Source: Somniosus microcephalus
Lineage: Eukaryota
NCBI GenBank assembly: GCA_052327205.1
Contig: CM126204.1
Span: 130,386,001 to 130,450,000, forward strand
DNA length: 64,000 nucleotides
Direction: 5' to 3'
The translations under genes and the position numbers were made by a program. This document shows positions 37,031 through 49,666 of the stretch, in pieces (position 1 is the stretch's first letter; each line of letters starts with the position of its first letter). A model generated the notes under the pieces. The model searched no databases and had not been told where the DNA came from. It worked only from the letters and a program-made list of their open reading frames with translations.

Positions 37031-38034
37031 CTTTCTTCCTTCCTTCCTCATCAGATGGTTTTTGATTTAAGCATCGGAGTGACTGCTGCCAACAACCGGA
37101 AGCTGTGCAGAAGCGTACTGTGCATTAACCTGGAACTGGAAGCATGATGTTTCCCTGGCATTTTCCACCGGAGCCCCTCTCCGGCATTTAATTATTTTTT
37201 TTAACCAGCCCGCTCCCATAATGAGCCAGAAGCGCACATGCGCAGAACGCTTCTACGCAGCTTCCGGTCACATCCTAATTTGTTTTAATCCCTTTCACCG
37301 TGTCTAGAATTTCCATTTCATTTATATCAAAGTCTTGGATTTTGTCTTGGTACTCAATATTTGAGAGAGCATGTTGTTCATGTTTCCATTGTAAATCTTC
37401 TTCTTCTTAGGCAGTCCCTTGGAACCGAGGATGACTTGCTTCCACATTAAAAATGAGTTTGCAGGTGACTGATGAGTCCAATGCGGGACCTACAGTCCCT
37501 GTCACAAGTGGGGCAGACGGTGGTTGAAGGGGCGGGTGGGTGGGGTGCTATTGTTGACGTGCGCTCCTTGCGCTGCCTGCGCTTGGCTTCCGCTTGCTCC
37601 CGGTGAAGAGACTCGAGGTGTTCGGCGCCTTCCCGGATGCTTCTCCTCCACTTTGTGCGGTCTTGGGCCAGGGATTCCCAGGTGTCGGTGGGGATGTTAC
37701 ACTTTTTCAAGGAGGCTTTGAGGGTGTCCTTGAAGCATTTCCTCTGCCCACCTGGGGCTCTCATGCCATGCCGGTGCTCCGAGTAGAGCACTTGTTTTGG
37801 GAGTCTCGTATCGGGCATGCAGACAATGTGACCCATCCATCGGAGCTGATTGAGCGTGGTCAGAGCTTCGATGCTGGGGATGTTGGCCTGAGCAAGAACA
37901 CTGACACTGGTGCGCCTATCCTGCCAATGGATTTGCAGGACCTTGCGGATGCAGCGTTGGTGGTACCTCTCCAATGCTTTGAGGTGCCTGCTGTACATGG
38001 TCCATGTCTCTGAGGAATACAGCAGGGCGGGTAT

Positions 38035-41000
38035 TGTTGTGTATGTACCTTTAAGAGAAGAACTGATTTTATACTGCCGTACCGGCAGTGACCACCCCTA
38101 TATAAAAGGCCCGAGCAGGCTTCTGTACTTCAGTCTGACGTTACCCTCTGTTCAGTAAAATACCTGCTTAATTGTTCTCCCGAAGTCTGTGTATTATTGA
38201 GGCGCGGACTTTACAGTGGCGACGAGCAAGTTCGAACTCACCTGCAGTGTTGCATCACCTCACGGGGATCTCACACTGAGAAGTTTCTTGGAGGTCGAAG
38301 TCTGAGCAACGGGTGTCGACCGCGAGCAACCGCCCAAGGATCCATCGGTGTTCGGAGAATTGCGGGAGAGGCTGTGGAGAGCTGAGCTTGGCTCCCCAGT
38401 TAAGGTGTTCCAAAAATCGTGCTGGTAGCAGGTAGTGCGCTGACCCTTCCGGACTGCGGCGGGCCTGAGCTCGATCGAGCGGCTCTGCAAATGGGGCCGC
38501 GCAGCATCGCCGGGAGGAAAGAGAGAAAGAGAGGGTGGAGCGCACAGGGCACGGTCAGTGCTCAAGAACCGGGCAGCGGAGAGAAAATAAATGAGGGGAA
38601 GGAAAAGTGAGATGCGCCGAAGCCGTGGGTCGCTGCCATTATCCTGTAGAATGCTAGGAGCAGCGTGGCAGCAAGGGGAAGAAGGAAAAGCGTGGGAGGC
38701 GCCATTTTATTCCATTGGGGAAGAAGAAAAAGCACGGGATGCGCCATTTTAAATCACCCAAGATGCCGAAAAGTGGCAGTATCACTGCTTTCGACAACGA
38801 GGTAGAAGACTGGACCACGTATGTGGAAAGAATTGAAGTGTACTGCAAGGCAAATGAGGTGGCCGATGGAAAGAAGGCGTCGGTATTATTAAATTTGATG
38901 GGCGCGAGAACGTACGGCCTATTGCGGAATTTAATTACCCCAGCTAAACCAATGGAGAAAAGTTTTGAGGAGATTGTTAATATCTTACAGGAACACCTAA
39001 ACCCTACACCGCTGCTGATAGCAGAAAGATTCAAGTTCCATAAAAGAAACCAGCACAAAGATGAGAGCAATGCTGACTATCTTACGGAACTACGCAAGTT
39101 ATCGAAGCACTGCCAGTTCGGAGCAGGACTGGCAGACACCTTACGGGATAAGTTTGTCTGCGGGCTCCAGAGTGAAGGAACCCAGAAACGACTACTTTCG
39201 AAAAAGGACCTGACGCTAGAACAGGCTTTCAGCATGGCAGTATCCTACGAAGCAGCAGCACGGGGAGCTGCGGAAATACAACAGAAACCACAAGAATACA
39301 GCGCTAACGAAATGGCGTATGGAGCAGGAAAGTGCTATCGCTGCGGCAGAACAACCCATGAGCAGAAGGACTGCTGGTTTAAGGACAAAGTATGCAGGCA
39401 ATGCAGAAAAATGGGACATATAGCAAGAGTCTGCAGGTCGGGAAAGAAAACCAACACTACAAGAACTACTAAGGAAAAGTACAAGAAAGTAAACCAAATG
39501 AGAGACAATAGTTCGGAAGATCAGGAGAGTGATAACGACTCCGGGAGCAGGAGACTAAGTTGTCTAAAGTTACACAACGTGATCGCAAAGGAGGATCACC
39601 GAACCATTTGGGTCAGCCTCATGATAGCAGGGTCCCAAGTAAAGATGGAATTGGATACAGGATCAGCCCTAACTGTCATGAATCGACGAGACTATGAGCG
39701 GCTATTCTCACACATACCCTTAAAGGACACGTCCATTGAATTGAAGACATACACAGGGCAAAAAGTCTACCCCAGAGGAAAAATAAGGGTGCCAGTTAAA
39801 TATAACGGCAAGGAAACACAGAAACTGTATCTATATATACTACAAGATGGAGGACCACCATTATTGGGACGTGAATGGATCCGAAAAATACAATTGGATT
39901 GGCATTCCATTCAGGCGCTAACTTTGACTGACAAAAAGGATGATGACGTCGCACCTGGACGTCTGTCACAAATTCTAACTGACGCGAAAGAAGTGTTCCA
40001 ACAAGGACTTGGGACTCTAAAAGGAGTAAAGGCAACGATAAAAATCGAAGATAATGCAAACCCCAAAATTTTTAAGGCCAGACCGGTGCCGTACGCGATC
40101 TGCCCAGCCGTTGAAGCAGAACTGGAGAGTCTGGAGCATTCAGGTGTGCTGTCCAAGGTGGACTGGAGCGAGTGGGCCACACCCATCGTTCCTGTAATGA
40201 AGAAATCATTGAGCAGCACGCCTGGGGAGCCGAAGAAGGTTCGCATCTGTCGGGACTTCAAGGTAACTGTGAACCCAGTCCTGCACACAGTACAATATCC
40301 ACTTCCACGGATAGACGATATCTTCGCCTCACTATCTGGAAGGAAACGTTTTACGAAGATTGATCTGGCCCAAGCGTATCTACAAATGGAGGTGGAAGAA
40401 GCATCTAGGAAATACCTCACGATAAACACTCACAAAGGCCTTTACCAGTACAATCGACTGGTATTCGGGGTAGCATCAGCCCCGGCTATTTGGCAGAGGG
40501 CAATGGAACAAGTCCTGCAAGGGATCCCAGGGACCCAGTGATATTTGGATGACATCCTGGTGACGGGCGAAAATGACAGTGAACACCTTGCCAACCTGGA
40601 GCAGGTGCTCACTAGATTGCAGGAATATGGGCTATGAGCCAACCGCCCCAAATGCGAGTTCTTCAGGAGACAAATCTCGTATTGTGGCCACATGATTGAT
40701 GAGGAAGGGTTGCATAAGTCGCCAGACAAGATTGAGGCTGTAGTCAAGGCTCCAGCACCGGAAAATGTGTCGCAACTGAGGTCGTTTCTCGGGCTGGTGA
40801 ACTACTACCATAAGTTCTTGCCGAATTTATCTACAATTCTGCACCCACTGAACGCCCTGCTGCAAACTGGAGTAACATGGAAATAGAGTGATGAGTGTAA
40901 GCGTGCCTTTCCGAAATGTAAATGCCTAATCACTTCAAAAGAAGTATTGGCCCAATACAACCCAACACTATCAATTCGGTTGGCATGTGATGCGTCTCCC

Positions 41001-43005
41001 TACGGCATTGGAGCGGTGCTGTCTCACAAATTCCTTGACGGTTCAGAGAGGCCAATAGCCTTTGCGTCGCGCTCATTAACCTCAGCCGAGCGTAATTACG
41101 CCCAGATTGACAGGGAGGCCCTCAGCCTGGTGTGGGGGGTGAAGAAGTTCAATCACTATCTGCACGGGCAGAAATTACCCTACTGACTGATCATCAGACC
41201 CTGGTCTCCATTTTTAACCCAAAGAAGGGCGTTCTGGTGATGACGGCGCAACGGCTGCAAAGATGGTCACTTTTTCTAGGGGCACATCAGTACGACATAA
41301 AATACAAGGTTACGAAGCAGCATGGAAACGCTGATGGGCTGTCGCGCCTACCGTTGCCTATGGTAGAGGAAGCACCTGCAGTGGACCCTGTTGAGATATT
41401 CCATGCGACCATAGTCGAATGTCTGCCTGTTACAAACTCAAGTATTGAGAAGGAAACCCGAAATGACCCGACACTCTCTCGGGTCTATGATTTGATGGTG
41501 AAGGGATGGCCAGCACATGGCGACTCACTGTTGCCAGCATTCTCACCAGGGAGGGAACAGCTGTCAGTGTGCCGGGGGACCTTGATGTGTGGATCCCGAG
41601 TGGTAATTCCACCCAAGTTGAGAGACAGAGTGCTCAATGAGCTTCATGAAGGTCATCTGGGAGGGGTAAAAATGAAAAGCCTAGCCAGGGCTTATGTGTG
41701 GTGGCCGGGAATCGATAAACAAATCGAGGACCTGACCAAGAGCTGCTCAGGATGCCAGAAAGTCCAAAATGCACCACCACAGGCCCCTCTACACCCATGG
41801 GAGTGGCCCTCATCTCCATGGCAACGGGTACACATTGATTTTGCTGGTCCATTCATGGACTCAATGTTTCTAATCGCCGTGGACGCCCATTCGAAATGGC
41901 CAGAGGTCATCAAAATGTCCTCCACCACCACGGAGAAAACTACTGCAGTCCTACGGACCATCTTCGCCAGGAATGGCTTGCCAGAACAGATTTGCTCCGA
42001 CAATGGGCCACAGTTTGTGTCCTAGGATTTCCGGATGTTTCTGAGGAATAATGGGGTGAAACATTACACATCTGCCCCATATCATCCAGCCACAAATGGA
42101 TTGGCTGAAAGGTTTGTTCAGACCTTTAAAAAGGCAATAAAGGCGATGTATAATGACGACATACCACTACAACACAAGGTAGATAATTTCTTGTTTGCTT
42201 ACCGGAATGCGACACATGCAGTCACCAACCAAGCTCCAGCCATAATGTTCTTCAACCGAAGGCTAAGAGGTCGCCTGGATTTGCTCAAACCAAACATAAG
42301 ACGAGATGTTGAGGATAAGCAATTCCAGCACATCAGCGAGAAGTCAACCAGGAGCTTCAAGATAGGACAACCAGTCTTGGCCCGCGACAACCGAACAGAA
42401 AAATGGCAGCCAGGAACGATATGCACACAGCAGGGACCACTAATGTACACAGTGGACGTTGGAGAGAGCATCGTGAGACGCCATGCTGACCAGATTCTAG
42501 AGTCACAGGAACAAGCCAAACCTATACCACAAGCATGTGCACCTGGTAATGAGCCCGAAGTACAGATTGCGTCTACCTCAGAAGCAGGGGTATTGGAAGC
42601 TGATGAACCAACCAATGACAATGAGCCAGAATCGACTCCACCGCAAGAACAGGATACTCGAGAAAGGCGCTATCCAGTCAGGATCAGGAAGCCTCCTCAA
42701 AGACTGAACTTATAAATGATTATTTCAGTTGATGTATATAGTACAGAGAAAATTGTAATTGTAATTAGTTATTATTTAGTTGTTAAATGAATGTTATGTA
42801 CTGTTTATCTAAAAGGGGAGGAATTGTTGTGTATGTACCTTTAAGAGAAGAACTGATTTTATACTGCAGTACCGGCAGTGACCACCCCTGTATAAAAGGC
42901 CCTAGCAGGCTTCTGTACTTCAGTCAGACGTTACCCTCTGTTCAGTAAAATACCTGCTTAATTGTTCTCCCGAAGTCCGTGTATTTTTGAGGTGCGGACT
43001 TTACA
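38035..43005 (+). mobile_element. Full-length Gypsy LTR retrotransposon B (sister family of A)
   Basis: 181-bp LTRs at 38035-38215 and 42825-43005 (7 mismatches by eye); TSD ggtat; PBS tggcgacgag at 38217; PPT aaaaggggaggaa. Confidence 0.97.
38763..42715 (+). pseudogene. Gag-Pol of Gypsy B (disrupted)
   Basis: Same domain order as element A, with YLDD intact. Stops at 40539, 40635, 40884 and 42023; frameshift at about 41177. Confidence 0.95.
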
Positions 43006-43540
43006 GGTATCACTGCTGCTCTGTAGACCATGAGCTTAGTGCCGGGTTTGAGGTCCTGGTCTTCAAACACTCTCTTCCTCAGGTGACCGAGGGCTGCACT
43101 GGCACACTGAAGGCGGTGTTGGACGTCGTCGTCGACGTCTGCCCTTGTTGACAGTAGGCTCCCGAGGTATGGAAAGTGGTCCACGTTGTCCAAGGCCTTG
43201 TCGTGGATTTTGATAATCGGGGGCAGTACTGTGTGGTGGGGGCAGGTTGGTAGAGGACCTTTGTCTTACGGATGTTTAGTTTAAGGCCCATGCTCTCGTA
43301 CGCTTCGGTGAAGGTGTTGACGATGGTTTGGAGTTCGACCTCTGAGTGAGCGCCATTGTAAATACTTGGAGGATGTAAGCATTGAGAATATTTACTCTCT
43401 TGTGCTTATCCTCAATTCCAAGTCTATTTGGACCTTTTAATGTTCTCACCTTTTCTCTGATGGTCCTCTTGCTATTCTAGTATCAAATATTTTTAGCCTC
43501 TGCTGCTCTGTTTTATTCTAGGTCCTTCTTTGCCCCTTTG

Positions 43541-43995
43541 AGTGTCAGCTGTGGCTCAGTTGGTAGCACACTTGCCTCTGAGTCAGAAGGTTGTGGGTTC
43601 AAGCCCCACTCCAGAGATTTGAACACAAAGCTAGCCTGACACTCCAGTGCAGTACTGAGGGAGTGCTGCACTGTTGGAGGTGCTGTCTATTGGATGAGAG
43701 GTTAAACCGAGGCCCCATCTGCTCTCTCAGGTGGACGTAAAATATCCCATGGCACTACTTTGAAGAATAGGCGAGTTGTCCTGGCCAATATTTATCCCTC
43801 AACCAACATAACAAAAACAGATTATCTGGTCATTACCACATTGCTGTTTGTGGAATCTTGCTGTGCACAAATTGGCTGCCACAGTTCCCACATTACAACA
43901 GTGACTCCACTTCAAAAAGTACTTAATTGGCTGTAAAGTGCTTTGAGACATCTGGTGGTCGTGAAAAGCGCTATATAAATGCAAATCTTTCTTTC
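43541..43995 (+). mobile_element. Full-length DeuSINE-type tRNA SINE
   Basis: A box tggctcagttgg, B box ggttcaagccc, central domain, tail ending (cttt)n. Confidence 0.88.
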
Positions 43996-44067
43996 TCTGA
44001 TCAACCTTTTGCTATCTTTCTGTGTGATCCTACATTTATCCCAGTGAATTACTTCCCCTTTTTCCCT

Positions 44068-44462
44068 GGAAGATTTTTAGAGTTAGGCAAGGGTATTAAG
44101 GGTTAATGGAACTAATGGGGGTACATGGAGTTAAGATACAGATCAGCTATGGTCTAACTGAATGGCAGAACAGACTCGAGATGCTGAACGACTTCCTCCT
44201 GTTCCTGTGTTCCTATGTTCATTTGTCCTCTATTTCACTTTTAATTATGCACGAATTGAACATAAGAACATAAGAAATAGGAGCAGGAATGGGCCACTTG
44301 GCCCCTCGAGCCTGCTCCACCATTCAATAAGATCATGGCTGATCTTGGGCTCAAAACCACTTCCCCGCCCGCTCCCCGTAACCCTTCACTCCCTTATCTT
44401 GCAAAAATCTGTCTATCTCCACCTTAAATGTATTTAATGACCTAGCCTCCACGGCTCTCTGG
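44068..44462. mobile_element. Two CR1 3' tails facing each other (+ 44068-44220, - 44258-44462)
   Basis: CR1 3'UTR motifs in opposite orientations. Confidence 0.75.
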
Positions 44463-44764
44463 ACCTGATTTAACATTGAATTCACTTCCGGGTTCAGACT
44501 CGGCGCTGTTCAATCCTCATTCCGATTGATTGAGGAGATATGCTGTTGCTTTCCCTGTTCACACAGATCCTGGATACACTGTAGAGGGCACCACACCGTT
44601 CCCATCTCCCACTTGCAGCAACTCGCCGTGCAAAGTCGCAGGGAAATTAAATGGGCGAGGATAGGTCTAGTGAATGGGAGGTGCTGTTTATTCACCGGTC
44701 ACAGTAAATTCTGGCCCAATGCCTTTTCCAGAAGAAAACAAGCTCAAGTTCCTGCTACCCGGCA

Positions 44765-45185
44765 TCATAGATACATAGAAAAATAGGAGCAGGAGTAGGC
44801 CATTTGGCCCTTCAAGCCTGCTCCACCATTCAATATGATCATAGCTGATCCTCTATCTCAGTACCATATTCCTGCTCTCTCCCCATACCCCTTGATGCCT
44901 TTTGCATCTAGAAATCTATCTATCTCCTTCTTAAATATATTCAGTGACTTGGCCTCCACAGCCTTCTGTGATAGAGAATTCCACAGGTCCACCATCCCCT
45001 TGAGTGAAGAAATTTCTCCTCATCTCAGTCCTAAATGTCCTACCCCGTATCCTGAGACTGTGACCCCTCGTTCTAGACCCCCCAGCCAGAGGAAACATCC
45101 TCCCTGCATCCAGTCTGTCCAGCCCTGTCAGAATTTTATACGTTTCAATGAGATTCCCCTCGCATTCTTCTAAATTCTAGTGAAT
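44765..45185 (-). mobile_element. CR1 3' end
   Basis: Reverse complement of RRMRGNLIETYKILTGLDRLDAGRMFPL coding sequence plus tail. Confidence 0.85.
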
Positions 45186-46261
45186 TGGCTTCATTTTACC
45201 TGGTGACACTCACTTCAGATGGAGTTTCACTTTTGTTCTGTTTATTTAGAAATTGCAACCAATAAGAAGAAGGAAAAAAAATCACAGCAACAGGGGAAAG
45301 GATCAGGATTTCAGGCCAAATTCGAAATAATTAACAATAAAACATTGACCAATTATAAAGTGGGAATGAAACAAAACACGGATGCAGAGGTCACAGATTG
45401 GACCAGATTGATTATTGACTAACCTCATGGAGCCCAGAGCAAGAGGCACTGCCCAGTCGTGTAAACAATGTCCATAATGAGACCAGGAGGATCCTAAATC
45501 TTGAGTCATTATTCTTTGCTGACCAGGCTGCAAAGCCTGGGCAAGGCACAGATTGAAAAGCCAAGAATGCAAGAAAAAATAAACAACCGTGGAAAATGAA
45601 ACATAAGAGACCCTCTACCTACTAGAAAAACTGACAGCACAAACAGGAGATGACAGGCTGCGTGAGGGGAGAAAGAAATTAAAAGGAGGGGAACACCGGT
45701 ACAGTTTAAGAGTGTAGAGAAGGGAATAAAACACAATGGGGGAAAAATTCAGTTGGTAGCGCCACCTGTTAGCGCTTTAAGAGGGCGCTAAGTGGGGCGC
45801 AAACCAACTAGCACCCGGGCCCGGCAATATCTGCGTCTCTTGCGAAATTGACCGGACATTTTGCGGTGGCGCTAAACAATACCGCCCGATCTCCTGCGCA
45901 CACAGATCTTGACGTCATTCGAGAGTGCAATGCCCTTGGGCCACCCGGACCGGAAATTCAGTGGCGCCCCCCTCCTTTCCGCCTGGCTTACCAACGACAG
46001 GTTGACAGGAACGCTTCCCAGTCGCTGTGGGGCTGGGGGGGGGGTTGCTATTTAAAGGGGGCCTCTTCCTGGCTTTTGTGTGGTAGCCATTTTTGCACCA
46101 CTCTTTCTGAAAGAGAGAGAGAGAGAGATTTGGAGAGAGACAAAGAGAGAAAGAGAGACTTCTGCATTGAGTCAACACTGTCTGAGGTAGTTTTGGCTTC
46201 TGACTATAACTTTGCAGGTACGTTGCTTTTTGACCTTCATAACTTTGATTGCCCGGATACT

Positions 46262-47410
46262 ATGGGGACTGCAATGAATGGGAACGTCGTCCTTCTCCAT
46301 CACATTTGGAGGGCACAGAGATGCAGAGAAAGAGTGGCAATCATGGCCAGACAGAGGAGGGCCAACAGGCTTCGGTACAGGAGACCTTACCCTCCCAGGG
46401 TTTCTCGCCAACAGTTCTCCTACATTAATATGTCTGAGGAGAAGTGTTTGCGAAGGCTGCGATTCAGCAAGGAGGTGGTCACTGAGCTCTGCCATCTGCT
46501 TCAGCCAGATCTGCAGCCTCAACTGAGGAGCAGGACATCACTGTCAGTGGCAGTGAAGATAACAGTGGCTCTCAACTTTTATGCCACCTGCTCATTTCAA
46601 TCAGCTACTGGGGACATCGCCAATATCTCCCAGTTCGCGGTGCATTGCTGCATCCGTCAGGTAACAAATGCCGTCTTTAAAAGGAGACGAGAGTACATCT
46701 CTTTCCCCATGACCCCGGACAAGCAGCAAGAACGCGAAATGGGCTTTGCGATGACAGCGGGCTTCCCCATGGTGCAGGGCGCCATTGACCACACGCATGT
46801 GGCTATGCGAGCGCCGCAAGAGAATGCCGAGGATTTCCGCAACCGAAAGGGCTTCCATTCCTTAAACGTCCAGTTGGTCTGTGACCACAGACAGCTGATA
46901 CTTGCTGTCAATGCCCACTTTCCAGGCAGCAGCCACGATGCCTTCATCCTGCGCCAGACTTCTGTGGCAGACCTTTTCCAGGCACCGCATCACCCAGGAG
47001 GTTGGCTTCTCGGGGACAAGGGATATCCTCTGTGCACCTGGCTGATGACACCGCTCCGTTCACCCAGCACCCCTGCTGAGCTACGATACAACGAGAGCCG
47101 TCAAGCTACCAGGAACATCGTTGAGCACACAATCGGTGTGCTCAAGCAACAGTTCCGCTGTCTGGACCATTCTGGAGGAGCCCTGCAGTACTCGCCTGAG
47201 TGAGTCTCCCACTTCGTTGTTGAGTGCTGCATGCTGCATAACCTTGCAATCCTCAGGACCCAGCCAATGCCACCAGACATTGAAGCACCAGCAGAGGAGG
47301 AGGAGGAGGAGGAGGGAGATGAGGAGGATGATCATCAGCAGCACCAAAGCAGGAGGGAGGCACAAAGTGGAAGGGCTGTCCATCAAAGGCTCATAGCAAG
47401 TCGCTTCTAG
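46262..47410 (+). pseudogene. Harbinger DDE transposase (HARBI1-like family), one premature stop at 47201
   Basis: ALNFYAT.SFQ, GFPMVQGAIDHTHV, RNRKGFHSLNVQLVCD, FPGSSHDAFIL, LLGDKGYP, IVEHTIGVLK; the frame continues past TGA as VSHFVVECCMLHNLA...IASRF*. Start codon is inferred. Confidence 0.92.
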
Positions 47411-47721
47411 ACCCCCTCTGAGGGAATGGCTTCTGCCATTCAAACAACCTGAATGAAAGAATCCCGCAACCCCTAAGCCGGTCAAGGCAACAATGCATGC
47501 AAAGACCAAACATGTACATTTTGAATACAGACACTTCTTTATTTCACAAACTCTGTGTGTCTCATTTCCGCGTGACAAAGTAATAGAAAGAAACACAAAA
47601 AAAAGCAGTCATTCACATAACTGGCTCTCACAACCTGGAGACAATGTCCAAAACAGTAACAAAAATTTGACCACGAACCTTGGCCTTCAAGAAAACAATG
47701 AAAAACATTTTGCCACACCTC

Positions 47722-49666
47722 CTACTTTTTGCCCTTCGAGGGTGATCTGCTTCCCTTGTGAAATTCCCCCCTTCCCACCCTGCAGTTCCTCCATAATGGG
47801 ACCCCAGTGGCTGGAGCAAGGCTGGGGGAAGGCTGCTGAGTGTCAGAAACTGAGTCTGCAGATGCCCTTGAGGGACAGCCTGGACCAGCTCTGGGCCTGG
47901 AGGGCCCGGCTGCTGACTGCACCAACTCTGCATGGACGGCAGCAGTCTGTCCTACAGGTGGTGGTAACTGCAGTGGAGAAGTGCCACTGGTGGCAGCAGG
48001 AATGCTGTCATCTTGAGAGAGGACAGCAACTCCCTGCTCGACCGACACACTAGCACTCCCACGAGGTTGCACTTCAGCACCCGGAGCAATCTGATGGAGC
48101 TCAGATTGCTGGCCTGCTGCGGCGCGGTGAGAGCCCGGGGAAATCTGCCCGATCCAGCGAGGGTGGCAGCAGTCAGTGCTCGCGTGGCCTCAATCTGCGT
48201 CTGCATGAGACCAGCCACTGACGGCATTGCAGCACTTAGCATTTGCGTGGCAGCCGCCTGTGCTACAGCGAAGTGCTCCACACTCCTTGCCAGTGATTCA
48301 ATGGATTCGGACAACCTTGCCACTGCAGCCATGAGCTCAGTGTGCCTTTGCTCCGCCTGGGCGCTCATTTCAGCAAGGACCCGCTCCTCGTCTGCGTCCA
48401 GTACAGCAGGTCATACTTTCCCTCTGGGGAGAAGGCCCCTGAACTTCCCTCGCATTGCTGCAGCCCGCTGGGTCCTGGAGCTTCACCCTCATCAGACCAT
48501 TCCCCCCTGCTCCCCTCTGGGGAAGGTGCGTCCCCAGTATGGGCATGGGCTGCCTCAGTAGAGGGTGGCGCTGATGGCCCGGCTTCCTCTTCCTCCTCGC
48601 CTTCAGCTTCACTCTCACTGGCAGCTTGAGGGCCCATCTCCTCACCTGGTGAATCACCATCTGAAAGCAGGGAGGTACAAGAGTGGCTTTAGCGTGAGGA
48701 CAGGGTGGCAGCAAGGGAGGCATAAGTGCAGCGATTTAGTGATTTGGATTGAAAGTGTCAAAGGCTGCTGTTGTGAGGAACAAGTGGAAGGAGAGAGGAC
48801 AAAAAGGTGATGACCTTACCATTGCTGTCCAGAACGGGGTCGGCATCTCCAGTGGTGATGGGACCAATCACCCGGCTTGCCACAATCCTGTGGACGCGCT
48901 CCTCAAGATCGCTGAGGGGTTGAAGCTGAGGCCGCCCTCCGCTGGTCCATTGCTGCTGTCTCCTATTATGAGACAGCTTGGCCTGCAAGAAAAAGGACGG
49001 CGTCTGAGTAAATATGCAGCCATGATCTTGCCTGAAATGCCTCCCATGGTTGAATAGCCCTTACTGTATGCAGCCATGATCTTGCCTGAAATGCCTCCCG
49101 TGGTTGAATAGCCCTTACTGTATGTAGCCATGATCTTGCCTGAAATGCGTCCCATGGTTGAATAGCCCTTACTGTATGCAGCCATGATCTTGCCTGAAAT
49201 GCCTCCCATGGTTGAATAACCCTTACTGTATGCAGCCATGATCTTGCCTGAAATGCCTCCCATGGTTGAATAGCCCTTACTGTATGCAAACTGTGGAATG
49301 TGCGTGTGTGTTTGATGAAAGGGCCATAGGTGTTGGATGAGTGTTGGGCATTGGGGCTTTCGAGACCCTCTGGCCATAAAGTGAGGTTGAGATGGAGGGA
49401 TGAAGAGGTTTTGAAAAAAAGGCACTCACCCTGACGACCCGAGTGAGGTAATTGAACTTTTTCCTACATTGCACATGGGTCCTAGGCACCATGCTGCTTG
49501 AGGACACTCTCTGAGCCACCTCCCTCCACACTCTTCTGTACTCACGTGGCAAAGGCCTCCTGCCACTCTTTGGGTACAGAATGGATCTTTTGCGCTCCAC
49601 CCCGCGAACCAGAGCCTCCAAAGCCTGCTCGCAGAAGCGCTGTGCTCGCTCCCTGGCCCTTGCCAT
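47722..49666 (-). pseudogene. Three-exon Myb/SANT-like DNA-binding partner gene (exons 49666-49430, 48982-48820, 48660-47722; two frameshifts in exon 3)
   Basis: RF.EQALEALV..WREVAQRV..PRTHVQCRKKFNYL|gtgagt; ttgcag|AKLSHNRR..|gtaagg; tttcag|acidic region, then a helical, coiled-coil-like region. Splice phases are compatible. Confidence 0.85.
49013..49288. repeat. 54-bp minisatellite, 5 copies, in intron 1 of the Myb gene
   Basis: Unit tatgcagccatgatcttgcctgaaatgcctcccatggttgaatagcccttactg, with at most 2 mismatches per copy. Confidence 0.95.

Larger units (their letters stand above)
37397..43352 (-). mobile_element. 5'-truncated RTE-clade LINE interrupted by Gypsy B
   Basis: 11-bp TSD ccattgtaaat (37386-37396 and 43353-43363); (AAG)n tail. 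Removing Gypsy B restores VYRAAVIP|ALLYSSETWTMYSRHL; also QLRWMGHIV.M...RLPKQVLY and a C-terminal CPTC..HLQTH finger. Confidence 0.92.

Noticed and set aside
43545-43615. tRNA gene
   Set aside because: It is a SINE head continuing into SINE body; the same applies at about 7610 and 13350-13420.
45848-47203. Domesticated host gene HARBI1
   Set aside because: It lies within TIRs and a TSD next to a Myb partner and has a premature stop; the N-terminal extension runs through subterminal repeats and a GA tract.
49013-49288. CRISPR-like array or repeat protein (ORF 48868-49425)
   Set aside because: Contiguous tandem units with no unique spacers, eukaryotic context, and located in an intron.
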